Assembly: GCF_009914755.1 (NCBI RefSeq)
Contig: NC_060925.1
Direction: 5' to 3' (one strand)
Source of the DNA: the human T2T-CHM13v2.0 reference genome, Homo sapiens
DNA: 64,000 nucleotides
Shown here one piece after another: positions 1 through 16,274 of this stretch (position 1 is the stretch's first letter; each line of letters begins with the position of its first letter). A program made the translations under genes and the position numbers. The notes beneath the pieces were generated by a model. The model saw only the letters and a list, made by a program, of their open reading frames with translations, did no database searches and was not told the DNA's origin.

Positions 1-135
1 CGTGTAGACATTAGAGGGAAAATCTCTTTATATACTAAAATAATTTATTTTACATTAACCTTTACAAATTGCTACATTGATTTGGTTATATTAAAAGGCT
101 TTAAGAGAAAATCAAAATTGCGTTAAGAAAGTATT

Positions 136-262
136 TTTTTTCTCTTCTTTTCTTTTTTCAATTGAGATGGGGTGTCACTATATTGTCCAGGGTGGCCTCA
201 AACTATCCTCCCACCCTGGCCTCCTAAAGTGTGATTACAAGCATGAGCCACCACACCCAGCC
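136..262 (-). mobile_element. FLAM / free left Alu monomer
   Basis: Single Alu left arm with T-rich tail; TSD AAGAAAGTATT at 125-135 and 263-273. Confidence 0.75.
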
Positions 263-499
263 AAGAAAGTATTATAAAATCTAAAGTAACTGGAGCTTCA
301 ATTAGTTTACTGTTTTCTTAGAAATACAAGTACAGATGGATTTTCAAGGAGGTAAAAGAGATGAAAACAGAAGGTAAAAATGATAATTTAATGAGGCAAA
401 GAGGTGAACTTGAGAATTTGCACCTAAAGACAAGCTTAAAAAAAACAGAATAAATAATCCTGGGAGGCTGTACAAGAACAAAGCCTTAGAGTCCCATAG

Positions 500-691
500 C
501 ATGGGCTCACTAATTAGATATGTGACCTAGTGCAAGATACCTATTCTGCCCTACTTGGCTCCTTCCTATTTAAATGAGCTTGCTAATAAGACCTACCTCA
601 TAAGGTTGCTTGCTGTGAAAATTAAATAAGACAATGTGCAAAAAGCCCTTAGGACAATGTCTGGTAAGTGTTCAATAACTGTTAGCTATTA
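500..691 (+). mobile_element. MIR SINE
   Basis: Core ACCTACCTCATAAGGTTG...ATTAAATAAGACAATG...TCAATAACTGTTAGCTATTA. Confidence 0.65.
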
Positions 692-2753
692 AAAGCAGAA
701 AATGTCATTATGGCTGCATATTTGGATGGCGGTGGAGAAGGTAAATTAAACAAAGGTAAGTTAAAACAAAACGTGGGCAATGATAGGTCTGCTGAGGCAT
801 TAATACTAGAACTGACACCTTGTAGGTGCTTAGTAAATATTGAATGAGTGAATGAATCAGTCAATCAATCAATCAGTGAATGAATCAATGAAAGGAGTCA
901 CAGGAAGAAAAACTTACTCTTAGAAAAGCTCAATTCTTTGCATTCTACAGGCTCCGTAATCTCCCCTAATCTATCCATAAGACAGAAGTTATCTGCCACA
1001 ATTCAGAATAGCCTTTCCATGTCTCATGTAGCATCTCACGTCAGTGCAGTAAATTTGTAACTTCTTGCAAAAACTACCCTAAAATATACACAAAGACACC
1101 ATGAACTTATAAACAAGAACTCTAACTTGAAGTGACCTCACCATGAGGATAGGAGAAAAAGATGTTTAAAGATGAAGTAATATTTAACACATCCCTTATT
1201 TCTGCCTAAATAGTGTGATTTGAAATGTCTGAGTGTTGTGTGAAAAAAAAGTATATATATATACACACACATACTTTTTTGAAAAATATAACTATAAAAG
1301 AAAAGAGAGTGTGTTGAGTGAGGAAGTTGAAATGAGAAGCCAAGATATTAGTTATTTTTCTGCCACTAGGAGAGGTATCATTATTCTATGTTCCTTCAAT
1401 TCAGCTATGTACCTTCAGAAATTACTTTCAGCTTCTTTCCAATTCTGAATCATGAGTAAAATCACAAACACGTTCAACAACAATATGTTCCTCTTGCATA
1501 AATGTCTCTTCTAGGCCACATACATAATTAAAATCCTGTTGACTCAGGAATAACATCTCAGAACTGAATGTCCAAACTCTGTAACTTGCTTCCTTTTCTA
1601 ACCAGACAGCACAGCTGCCAAGAGCTTCTGGGCCCTCTGCCTCTTTTCTCCATGTATAATTATTATATATTATATAGCATATATTTGATTTGCCAAAGCC
1701 TCCCAGTAAAGGTTCCTGTGACTACTTATTTGAACTTTGTTGTGTATACACGTGACCAAAAACACAGTGTACCAAAGAAAAAGAAGAAAAGGAGGTGGCG
1801 TGGGAGTGGATGTGCTTAGCAATTCTTTTTTTTTTTCCCGTGGAAATGAGATGAAAGTCTTAAGGCAAACGAATATACACTGCTTTGTAAAGCAAAATTC
1901 ACTTAAGGTGAAAGGATATTTTAAAAATTAGTGATACCATTACGTAATTCAAATCCTTGGTTTACAACATTTGAAATGAGAAAATCGATGTTAAAATTCT
2001 TCAAAATATACGTGGGGCATAAAATAAAACACTTTGGCTTTCTTTCACCTTTGGGCAGCACCAGATTTAAACCAGACATGAAAATCTATCGTATTTTTAA
2101 AGATCTCTAGAGAAAGAAGTTGCACAATGCTTCTTAGGAAGTTGTTCCAATATTCCTCCCAGTCATAAAACTCTTACATTCTAACCTAAATCCCGCACGT
2201 TCTAGTTTCAGCCCATTTCCCTTTGCTCTGCCTAAGTATGATTGGAGAACAGTTGCTCACTTACCAAACCAACGTTATGAGACTATCCCCAGTGTTGTAT
2301 ATATGTTTCAGCAATGGAAATTAAACACATAGCCCACAGTTGCCTGGATCTCTTCTATTCCTTCAAAAATATATAGATATGATATTGGCTCTTTTTCAGT
2401 TTTCTGAAAGTTCTCCATTCTTCTGCAAATTTTCAGAGAAATCTGCCCATCTTTTAAAGCATTTCTCCAGGCAACAAAAGCAAAAGTAGAAAATGGGATT
2501 ACATCAAACTAAAAAGCAAAGCACAGCAAAGGAAATTATTAACAAAGTAAAGACACTACCTATAGAAGGGAAGAAAACGTTTGCAAACTCCACATCTGGC
2601 AAGATGTTAATATTCAGATACGTAAGAACTTAGCTCAACAGCAAAAAAGTCCAAATAACCCAATTTTTAAGATGGGCAAAAGGCATTAATAAACATTTCT
2701 CGAAAGAAGACATACAAACGGACAACAGGTGAATGAAGAAATGCTCAGCATCA

Positions 2754-3077
<324 letters not shown>

Positions 3078-3081
3078 AGCC

Positions 3082-3621
<540 letters not shown>

Positions 3622-3855
3622 TTATTCAAAGGAAATGAAATCAGTTATGATGAAGAGATATCTGTACTCCCGTGTTTATGGCAACACTATTTACAATAGT
3701 CAAGTTATGAAATCAACCTATGTCAAACAACAGATGAATAGATAAAGAAAATGTGGCATATATATATATATATATATATATACGTATATACATACACACA
3801 GTGTGTATGTATATATATATACACAGTGGAATACTATTCAGTCACAAGCAAGAAT

Positions 3856-4201
<346 letters not shown>

Positions 4202-5921
4202 TTAAGTGAAATAAGCCAGACACAGAAAAACAAATACTGTGTGATCTCACTCACATGTGGAATCTGAAAAAAAAAAAAAGGTTGCTATCACAGAAGCAGA
4301 GAGTAGAACAGTGTTTATCAGACACTGGGGAGGGGAGATTGGTCAACAGTCACAAAATTACAATTAGACAGGAAGAATAAGTTCTGGTGTTCTATTGCAG
4401 GGTAGGAATAACTGTGCAATAGTTACTAGTAATAGCAATAAGTTCCCTACTTATACTAAGTTTTCTAACTAATTTCAAACAAACAGTAATCATTAAACTT
4501 TAAAGTACATTAGAGAATTAGGGAAGCTTCTTAAAAATAAGATGCCCAAGTTTTGACCCAGACTCAGTAAATTATAATCTTTAGGACTCTGGCATATTTT
4601 AATTGTTCTCATTTACAAGTATTAATTCTATTTAGTTAATAAGTGCACTTTAAAAGTTATTAAAATCATTATAAAAACAGAAACAAAAAACCAAAAAACA
4701 AAAAAACCCACTAAGCAGATAAGTGTTCTCTTTGTCCTTGGTAAAGCCAATTCTGCTTTTACACTTAAAACCCACACATTAACAGTCAGGCATTCAGGGT
4801 GTACTGAATGTAGACATCACAATCCTCATCAGCAGGAAAATAAAAACCATACCTGATCTGTTCCTACAAGTTTCCCACACTAGAACTAAATGCACTGCCA
4901 ACAGGCTATTGATGTATAATACATTATCACATGAAAATGTGATTACGACAAATACAAGACTGCCACTGTCTGCAAGTATATAATGCATTCAACATAAGTT
5001 ATGCAGGAACTTTCTCAAAATTTAAGCTGGTTTTAGTGGACATGAGCTCATTCAAGGACCCTGAATGGTATGGTATGGAAAGAAATAATTACTGCATAAA
5101 ATAACATGAAAAGAGAAACATCAGGATAGTACCAAAAGCTGAGAAGTGGGAAAGTTCTATGTGAGAGGTGGCAGCACCTTTTCCAAGAAACTTCAAGGTG
5201 AATCAGGCTAAGTCTGTACTCAGATCCTAAACCATATGGTATCATTATTATTAGTGTTGGATTGCCCTAAAAGGGGAACACCCGGGGGCCTACCTCAATG
5301 ATTTGCCCAGGTGGGCTCAGTTTCATTTCTTTCTCTGACATTCTCAAGCATCAGTGCTGGATTACCCTAAGGGGCTTCCTCAGATCGCCTGTGCTGTGCA
5401 TTTTCCCAAAAGTTCACAGGCAAGAGAGGGAAAAAAAAAAGAACAACTCAAAGCTACTAAAGCAACCGCAGAAATGCAGGTCAAAATGAAAAGGCTCTGA
5501 AATTGCTGAGAAAGGAAAGAAGTGAAAGCAGCAAAAAGATGGCAGTCAAATGCCAAGAGAGATTCAAGGGCAACTCAGGTGTGTAAAGAAAGAGGTTTCT
5601 GTTCCTACCAATTTGTGTTTATGCTCACAAATGTGTGCCTGCGGGATCAATTATACTCTACACTGTTGGCCAGCTTTTCTTTTCTCTTTGGAGAAACGTT
5701 CCAAACGTTCAAATCCTTCTTTTTCTGGTCCCCCTACTTCTTTTCAATGAGTTATCTACAGCATGTTGTTTTCCTCTAGAGTTTCCATTCTTCAACCTCT
5801 TGTCTTTTCCCCCACTATTCCCTTCCTTTAAAAATCTTATCTGCAGCCAAGGCTTCAATTACCATCTAAATGAAAATGACTCTAATATTACATGTTTAGT
5901 TCCATCTCTTTCTCAGAATGA

Positions 5922-6477
<556 letters not shown>

Positions 6478-7461
6478 TAAGTTCTCCCCCTCAATTACCC
6501 CTCATTAACTCTTTTCCAGACTATTGTAGTAGTGTCCCAGATAGGTTCCATCCCTCGATCAATTCTTTACATTACTGGCAGGTGATTTTAATGACCCAGT
6601 TTGATTTGCCTTTCTTCTTTTTGAAATCCTTCAATAGTTCTCCATTGCCTGTCAAACTTAATTCAACTCTCTTTCTATAAAAATAATAACTTTATTGAGC
6701 CCACTATGTGACCAGTGCTTTACATATATAATTTTACTTATTTCTCCAAAAAGCTTATAAAGTAGGTATTATACCATATCCTTGAAAATGAAATCAATTT
6801 TATAACTATGAAATATTAAAATATTTCTATCAATTATGAATATTCCATTGATTCAATAATCTCTTTTTAATAAAAAATTATTACATTAAATATACATGCT
6901 AAGATTTTTCTTGATTTAAAAAACACTAAAATGAGAAAAAAATAATGTGAATCTTAGAAACTAGTAAATAGAGTATCATCCCCATTTTAAACTAAGTCAA
7001 CAATCTTTCCAATATACTATATTCCCTTTTCCTTTGACCTGGGGTTACACCTTTTAGTCTTATTTCCCTATCTTCCTCTTTATGTTCCTTACATTTACCC
7101 AGCCCTGGGCCTTGGCGTTGATTTCTGCTGTGCCTGGACTATGAATTCCTCCTTACTCTACATGCCCAAAGACAACCAGGTTTCAAAGCCCAGCACAACA
7201 CCCACTCCTTTGTTAACTCTTTCCTGATTCCCCAAATTAAAATGACCTCTTATTCCTCTGAACTACCATACATTTTGCACTCTTGTATGAAACTACTCTT
7301 TGTATCTTGTGCTAGGGTTACGTATACGCTTTCTCTCCATTAGAGTATGCTTCTTCAAGACCTAGACTATAATTCACACATCTTTGTACAACTACCTCCA
7401 ATGCTTTCCTCCTATCCCCACCATAAAGCCCAGCAACTTCTTGCATGTAACCGGCTCTTTA

Positions 7462-7786
<325 letters not shown>

Positions 7787-8447
7787 TGTATATCTATATC
7801 TATATCTGTATCTATATCTATCATTTGGATGACTAATCAGAACACATTGAATGGTTTTTCTCTATTATTCATTATGACCAAATGAATACCAGTTATTGTC
7901 ACGTCACCAAGCATGTCACCACTATTCAGCCAAGAATTGAGATGTCGTGTTTCAAGAGACGTTCATTCTCCTGCCATGATCCAGTCACAACTGATGGGCC
8001 TGCATAGTAGCACTTTTCTAAGTGATAGCCTTTATATTTCTTTAGAACCAAAACTTATTTGAAGGTTCTCTGTAAGCACTTAGGCTAAGCACACCTTGCT
8101 TTAAAAAATATAAAATCCTTCGAAACAACAAATGGAAGAAATGTCCTGTGTGCTAAAATGGAAATTGTTTTGTCATTTTGTTCTTGCTACTGCCTGGAAG
8201 AGAAGGAGTTGCTGGAACCCTAAATATGTCTTGGCCCTGGCCCTAGTATTTCATAGGAAACTGTTATTTTTTTAAAAAAGTACTTCTCAGGTATTGCAAC
8301 TTCAGACATTAGTAAATGATGCTGTGTTGGGTTTTTGCTTGTTCATGTGTTTGTTTATGTTTTATAGGTTATAGCAAAATCCTGTGGTGATCTATCACTA
8401 AAACCCTTCATTTGGGTGGTAGAGTTCACAGAAATTTTTAAACACTT

Positions 8448-8811
8448 TGCTACAGACTGAATATTGTGTCCCCGTAGAATTCATTTGTAGAAACCTAATT
8501 CCCAATGTGATGGTATATGGAGGTGGGACCTTTGGGAGATGATTAGATCATGAAGTTGGAGCCCTCATAAATCAGATTAGGGTCCTGGTAAAAGAGACCT
8601 CAGAGAGCTCCTTTGCTTCTTCAGCCACGCAAGGACAAAGTGAGAAGATGGCCATCTATGAACCAGGAAGCAGGGTATCACCACATATTGAATCTTCTGG
8701 CATCTTGATCTTGGACTTCCCAGCTTTCAGGACTGTGAGAAATAAATGTATGTTGTTGATAGCACTCAGTCTATGATATTTTTGTTATAGCAGCCTGAAT
8801 GGACTAAAACA
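8448..8811 (+). mobile_element. MaLR solo LTR (MLT1A-like)
   Basis: TG...CA ends; CCCAATGTGATGGTAT; ACTGTGAGAAATAAATG; GTTATAGCAGCCTGAATGGACTAA. Confidence 0.85.
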
Positions 8812-11800
8812 TATGTTTTCTCATTTAGTCCTCAAAACAACTTCTTGATGTGGATATTAATATGTAAACTTTGCAAATGAATAAACTGAGGCTGAGAATT
8901 ATTGAAAAATCCTTTCACCTAAGGTCATATAGCTAATAAATGGCAGAGGTTGGATTTTAATCCAGATTTTCTTACTTCAGGGCCTGAACACTGTCTATAA
9001 TACAACATGGGAATGCCTATAAGAAGCTGGTGTTTTCAAGTATGGGGCCATTCATAGAAGAGTCTGACAAACTGCTGTTGTGTCATGATCTTTGAAAAGA
9101 CACCAAGAGTGAATATTCCTGAAAGGCGGCAGCTCAGACATGCATAGAATCTATGTGATTTTAAAATGTTTCCTCAGCCTGTTACTGATCAGATTCTAAG
9201 GAAATCAGTATTCTCTAGCCCCTCAAACCTCTTCTCCAACTTCTCCTATTTCCAGATATCTGGCTAGGAATTTCTGTCACAAGAAAACGAGGTTTGTATC
9301 ACCTCATATCTCAATTTCTAAAAATTTCCCAACACCATAAATGGTGATAAAATGTGAGGGTTCAAGAGCTACTTGGAAGGTTTTCCAGTCTTTTTAAGGG
9401 AAGAGCCTTCTGTCTATTCAGACCCTTAACCTATGTATTGGTTTATAAAAAGCTACCCACAAACAGGGAGAAAGTGATGGCACCAATATTCAGATCCACC
9501 TTGTCCAACCCAAATACACTTTCACACATATGACCTCCTGTCATTTTCCATTCTCTTTCCACTATGGTTAGTATTGTTATTGGCCCATAATGTCAAAGAA
9601 ACACAGGTTTTTAAACCACATCAAGGAAATCTTTGAAACAAACCTATGTTGGTTGGCTAACACTGGGCGATTTCACAAAAATTTGTACAATATTATGTTT
9701 CCTTTTTATAATGACGTGCAGAGATGGACATCATTATCTCAGTTTCATGAAGGAGGAGACTGAGGTTCAGTAAGGTGAAGTAACTCGCCCAAGATCACAT
9801 AGCCAGAAAGTGGAATCCAAAGTCTGTTTTCCTTCAAAGTCAATGCTTTTAATGATTCTACTATACTGCTTCTCAGATCTTTTTTTATATGATATTAACA
9901 TGCAGATGAAGTCCAATATTATGTATCCCCAGGTTATGTTCACAAGGAGCCAGGAGGTATAACAAAAGACAAAAATGATTCAACCCTTCCATTGGTTTCT
10001 ATTTCCTCTCTCATCTCAAGAATTACTGTTAGTTAAATTCTCAGTCACAACTATCTATACACATGTTCAACACATTGAAATTTTTAAAATTTCAAACATT
10101 TTGTTGTTTTGAAGAGAACAACAACTGCTGTACAACATGCACGGAGAATGCTGGGATCCAGCCGGGTGGTAGGCTTCACCTAGACTGGTAAGAGGCAGAC
10201 TTGCTCACAGTGAACACAGGAAACAAGCAACTGCCTCCAACCCTGTTTTCCATCAATTCCTGTGGCTCTGGACCAATGACAAAAGTTGATCACTTCAAGG
10301 AAACATTTCCACAGCAGCATGCAATTTTGATATCTGGTAATTTCCGCAATGGTTTAGACAGGTTAAAGAAAGGAGAACACTTAAAGAAAGGAGAAACACA
10401 AGCACTTAAATTGGTCATGATAAAACTGGACAATGGCAGGCATAGCTATTCTGTCTGGGCAGCATGGCACCATCTTTGTACTAGAATACTTGTTTAAGTA
10501 ATTATTAGAATAATTTGATGGGTTTTATCCATATACATCTATAAAAGTGGGGCTGAAAATAAATTCTGATACTGTTGATGAGAAGGGTTAGTTTCATAAA
10601 CTTAACACAATTAAGATGAACATGGAAAACAGCGGGCAAGCCAAAAGCAGATAAACTTTTGCTTCAATTGGATGATGGTTGGATGTCAGCCAGTATTTCA
10701 TGGGTCTAGTGGTGAAAGGAAAGCATTAAAGAACAAAGACAATGCTGGAAATACATGATTAAAGACTACCTCTAAAAACATGATGTATTTAGGGATTTTA
10801 TAGTATTTTTGGTTCATTGGTACTAGAACTCCATTTACAATTATTTGGTTCTTGCAGGTTTGTTCATATTTTCAAGAATGCATTATGCACTGATGTACAT
10901 AGAAAACTGCCTGTACCTAGTTGTTTTGTCTCTATCCTTATTCATTTAAGCTAAACAAACAAATTGGATGTCAGAATGATGAACACTGTAGAATAAGCAA
11001 ATGAAAAACAAAACAACTTTAGATTCAGGAGCTGGGGCAAGCATCCAGATCTCTGTACAGGGAAGAGCTGAGGTTAATGCAGCTGCAAAAAACTAGGCAC
11101 ATGCACGTGGCATTGCTTGACAGACAGGAAGCCTTTCCAGGGTTTCCAAATTCTTTCAGATGTTTTGGGGAATAGTTAAAGGCACTAGATACATGAATTG
11201 AATTGCATTTAACTCTATATTTTAAAGAACAGCTAAATAAAAACTCCCAGAGCACAATGTCTATTCCCATCCCCAGGAATTTCTTGAGCTGGGAAGAATG
11301 CCTGCCAGTGAATGCTTAACTCTGTCCTCAGTTTACAGTCACAGTTTTTCTCTTCACTCAGACACCCAGAAGGCTTCTCTTAGGTGTGGTTTCATCCAGC
11401 CAGCCCTACCTATCTTAATCAGACTGACTTCCCCAGTACTAAATAAAGTGGAGAGGAAATTTCTACCCACCCACTCATCAGAGACTATAAGACCCAACTC
11501 ACATCCTGCAAGCCTCAGGATGGAACACGACTCCTTTTAACTACCTGGGCACAGTAGCTGACTATCAGGAAACTGCTCTTGGCCTCCACACATTGCCACA
11601 CTATTTACACAGCTGATGGAAGTTTGCCCTGGTTGAGGAATTTGGCTCTAGAGGAGTCCCCTTAAAATTCCCAAAGGGCCTATTCACCCTGTCACACCCG
11701 CACAGATGCCTGTGAAGATAGCAACAGTGGGGTTCATTTTCTAACTCCTTCTGTACACAGTTATAACTCAACATGTTTATTTAAAAGTGGGGGGTTGGAG

Positions 11801-12911
11801 AAGAGCTAGGGGAGCTGCAAAATCTAACATTATATGAGATATTTTCAAGAAATATTTTGAGCAAAGTCAACAACCCCCTTGCCCTGCCTCTCAGACATTC
11901 CTCAGCTTCATTCAGCAACCCAAACTCTGCCCTCCATACTCACAGGCATGAAGCAGAGCCAGGACGTGACTCCCAACAGAAAATGAGCCTTTCTAAGGCA
12001 GAGGGAAAGAAGCTGAAAGAGTCAACCAACTCTCAAAGCACAGAGGGAGAAGCAGCAAAGCAGAGGGTCAACATTCTTCTCCTTTAATAATTTAAAGCCC
12101 TGCTATTAGCAGAGGAAAAGAAAATATCAGACACATGATTGTATCATGACAATAAGGCACAGCAGAGGTGATAAGACGAAGGGAGTAATTTCCTGAAGCC
12201 CTTCTCGCTTTTTTAAAGATAAGGATCAATTCTTATTCTTTCAACTATTAAAACATGATAGAAATGGCAATAAGCTATTAATTTTGCAATTGCAGTGGCA
12301 GGCCCATCCTGGCAGCAGTGGGGCCTGCTTTCTCTAGCTGTGAATGACCTCTTTCACTAGGAAAACTGTTCAGGAAACAGCTCTGCATTTGGAAAGAGGT
12401 GTATATGAAAGGCAAATATATATCCAAAATGTTCCCTTTCTTAATTTCCTTCCCCTCCTCCTAATTTTCTCCTAGCCCAAATAATTAATCTTCTTGTGTT
12501 AGCCAAATAAATTCCATTTAAATTAGTTCGTTCTAAAGGAGAAGAAGAGGCAGAAATGGTGGAGAAGGTGGGAGGAGGAGGAGATGCAGAGGGAGGAGGG
12601 GGGAGAAGAAGAAACTGATCTTCCCATGTATTGCCTACTTCTTTCCTTCTGAGGAGGCAAAAGTCTAACCTCAAGTGTGTAGGTTTTGGTGCCAAACTCC
12701 CTGAGTTTGACTTGGATTCTGCCAAATGACTATGTGACTTTGGATAAAGCACTGGCATGTCAACTTTCTTATTTGTATCAATGTTCCTGCTCGTAAAATG
12801 GGAGCAACAATAGTCCCAAACTTCTGCGGTGGTTGTGAAGATTGAACATAACACACCTTGAATAATATCTAAAACAAAGTAAATGCTGAGTACAAGTTTA
12901 TGACTACTATT

Positions 12912-13293
12912 TGCTATGATTTGAATGTGTCTCCAAAAAAAAAAAAACATGCGTTGGAAACTTAATTGCCATTGCAGAAGTATTAAGAAGTGGGACCTTT
13001 AAGAGGTGATTAGGCCATGGCAACTCTGCCCTCATGAATGGATTAATGCCGTTTTCTCAGGAGTTATCTTGGGAGTGGGTTCCTTATAAAAGGACAAGCA
13101 TGGCCTCCTTTTGTCTCTCTAGCCCTCTCACCTTCTACCATGGGATGATACAGCAAAAAGTCACTGGCCAGATGTGACTTCGGTATTGATATTGAAATTC
13201 TCAGCCTTCAGAACTGTGAGCTAGTAAATTTCTGTTCATTATAAATTCCCCAGCTTGTGGTGTTGTTACAGCAGCACAAAATGAACTAAGACA
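12912..13293 (+). mobile_element. MaLR solo LTR (MST-like)
   Basis: TGCTATGATTTGAATG...GAACTAAGACA; 5-bp TSD CTATT/TTATT. Confidence 0.85.
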
Positions 13294-13894
13294 TTATTGT
13301 TGGCTCCTCCATCTCTAAACTGTCAGATTCAAGGCAGATCATGCAAGAACAGAAGGCAAACAACACTAACTAGAGATAAAAGTCACATACAGAAGAGCTC
13401 TAAATCCTTACTAGAACAGAAGCAAATGGAAGTAAATACAGTCACTCTTTTATTAAAAATCTAAATATGATATTAAACTGGTAATTACTTATAGGCTTAT
13501 GATTTGTAAGAGGTGGGGAGAAAATGGTCTTTCTGTATACATGACAATAGGCAGAGCTTTATTTGAGAAATTAAGGAGAACTTAGAAAAAAGCAACTAAA
13601 AAAACTACTGAAGGATTAAAAAAAGAAGAAATAAATAAACAAAGAAGAAAATGTTAATGAATAAGCAATAAACTAACCTCATGTTCAGCTGATCTCTATA
13701 ATGATACTGGTGTTTGGGGATAGAAATAACTTCATATTATAGGCTTTCTGGGATTCAGGGAGGGAGCTGCACTATAAATTACCCTGTACTCTGGGGATTG
13801 AGTTAGACCCACAGTGTAACTCAATCTCTGCCCTCATCCATCTCAAAAAGTCCAGCTCAAACCTTTTTCCCATCCTCTCAGAGGAGAAATTTGG

Positions 13895-14125
13895 CCTTGT
13901 GGTTAAGAGTGAAAGAGGCCGGAGTGGAGAACACCCTGGTAGGAGTACTGGAACCACCACTCACTGGCTATGTGTTAGCAGGTTAGCAACTTCACTGAGC
14001 CTCAATGTCCTCATTTCAAAAATGGGGCTACTAATAGTACCTACGTCAGAGGGCTGTGTAAGCATTCAACATGAGAATGCACATTGTAGATAAAGGTTTT
14101 CTACCAGAGGTTGGCACCAGGCAGA
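13895..14125 (+). mobile_element. MIR SINE
   Basis: CTGAGCCTCAATGTCCTCATTTCAAAATGGGGCTACTAATAGTACCTAC core. Confidence 0.7.
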
Positions 14126-16099
14126 ACCTAATTCAATCATCCATTTTACAGATATGAAAACTAAGATCTAGAGAAGTTGAGACTATCCCAGGGTCACACA
14201 GTGAGTTTGTTTCAAAGTCTGGAAATGTAAATTAGAACCTTAGTCCTGATTCCTTATTCAGTGTTTTTGCACTAAACATGCTTTTGCCTTCACAGGGCTT
14301 CACAAATACTCTCCCACATTGATTTTGTCCTTTGCCGAACATCAAGCACATTTTCAACCAGTACTGTCAGGATAGCATTTGAATACTCTCTATGACTGCA
14401 TTCCATCAACTACATTATAAGTTCCTCGAAGTGACAAAAGTGGTTTAACACTTCTGTCTATCTAAAGATGTCTACTCAAATACTGGGCACAAGAGTGATT
14501 GACAGCAATTGATTGATAGAGAGGTTTCTTTAAGAAGAGCTTTTACTCTGAATAAAATATTCCTGTGAGGAAGATGCTGACTGGCCATCCAGGTCTGCAG
14601 AAGACAAGACCAGAGGAAATGGATTTTGAACATGTCCCAAGAGATCTATAAAAAATTAACTGCAAAGGAGTTTAAACACAGGAATAACAGAACAAAGAAA
14701 GCTGAGGGTTCTCTCCTGAAGTGAATGTTTTAAAAATAGACAGTCTATTTGTAGATAAAATAAGTTGACACAGGCCATTCGTTCTTAACCTATAGTCTGT
14801 AAACCCCAAATATAGCTGTTATTGCTAAGGATCTGCAAATTGATTTGCATACCAAACACTGTAGAATGAATAATGTCTTACACTTATATGCAATACCTTT
14901 TTTCAAATCCATGTGGCAAAATATATTTAATTTGACTTAATAAAATACAAATTCTTTAAAAGCATTATGAATTTTGTTGTAACTTTTGTTCATTATGTAT
15001 ATTTTAATCAAGCAATAAAAACAGTGGCTAACATTATTGAACATTTACAGAGATCATTTTGTTTAACTCTCATTAGCACCCAGGAGGTAGGTATAATTGT
15101 CATCCACATTTCAGAGATAAGAAACTGATATTTGAAGAGTTTAACTAACTCACCCTTTAGTTTTACTGGTATAAATAATGGAGCTGGCATCTGACTCCAA
15201 AGCTTGTACTATAATTACCCAGCATTAGGTCACTTTTTAATTAACCAGTGTAAAACATTTTACCTATTTTCATCCATGTACACATGTGTAAGGGGTGGAT
15301 GTTTATCCATAAAATTTTATGTTTAAAGAAGAATCTCATATCTGCAAGGGTTAATAACAACACAAACTGTAGATAAAGAGTAGCTTCAGAATAATTCACT
15401 TTGACTTTCAGCAAGCCAGGTGCTCAGAAGTAAGGGATTCAACTGGTTGATCCCTAGGAATAGCTCCAAGCCAGAAATTCTATCATTCTATAATTTAGAT
15501 TTGCATTTCCCAAAATGGATTCTGCAGAATTCTGGTCTTAAGAGATGCTTCACAGAAGTTTGAGGAACACCATAAACTAAAAGAGCCACCATACACAAAA
15601 GTGAATATCCTCTTTTGGAGATTCATAATTACATTCACATAGTGTAAGCTCTGAGAAGTCCTCCAGAGCACTGGATCACACAAAATGAAACAGGTCTCCT
15701 TATTATAAGACTTAGCAAGAAAACCTTTTTCATTTTGCAGAGCCTGGGGTACCCTGAAAATATCTGGGCATCGAACTCCTGTTCTACATAAATATTTTAA
15801 ATATTTCATGGAACTGGTTCCACAGAAAAGACTTAGGCTAGAACTCAAATTGGGCAGTTGAAACATTTTTGTATTATGTGGCAAGCTATGAAAAGTGAAC
15901 TTTTGAGATTTTTCCTAAAACTGTCACTCTGTATGAAAGCATGGGTTTTCATAAAGGTTTTTAGTCAAAAGCCATATTATCTAAGCACTGTACAGACTGC
16001 TAAGTATTTTTGTCTCTCTTTCAGCATGGAATAAACTTTTTATTACACTACACCACTCTAAATGTTATGTCCTTCTATTCTTCAAAATTCCTTCTAGAC

Positions 16100-16274
16100 T
16101 AAAGGTTCTCAAATTTTACCATCCTCAGAACCACCTGGAGTGCTTGTTTAAACAAGAGTTGCTGAACCCCTCTGCCACAGTTTCTCATTCAATAGATCTG
16201 GAAAGAGGCCTGGGATTTTACATTATTCACAGTTCCCAGGGAATGCTAATGCTGCTGCTCAGGGACCATACCAC
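16100..16274. mobile_element. MER5A-like hAT-Charlie DNA element
   Basis: GGTTCTCAAA...CAGAACCACCTGGAG...AATGCTGCTGCTCAGGGACCA. Confidence 0.7.
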
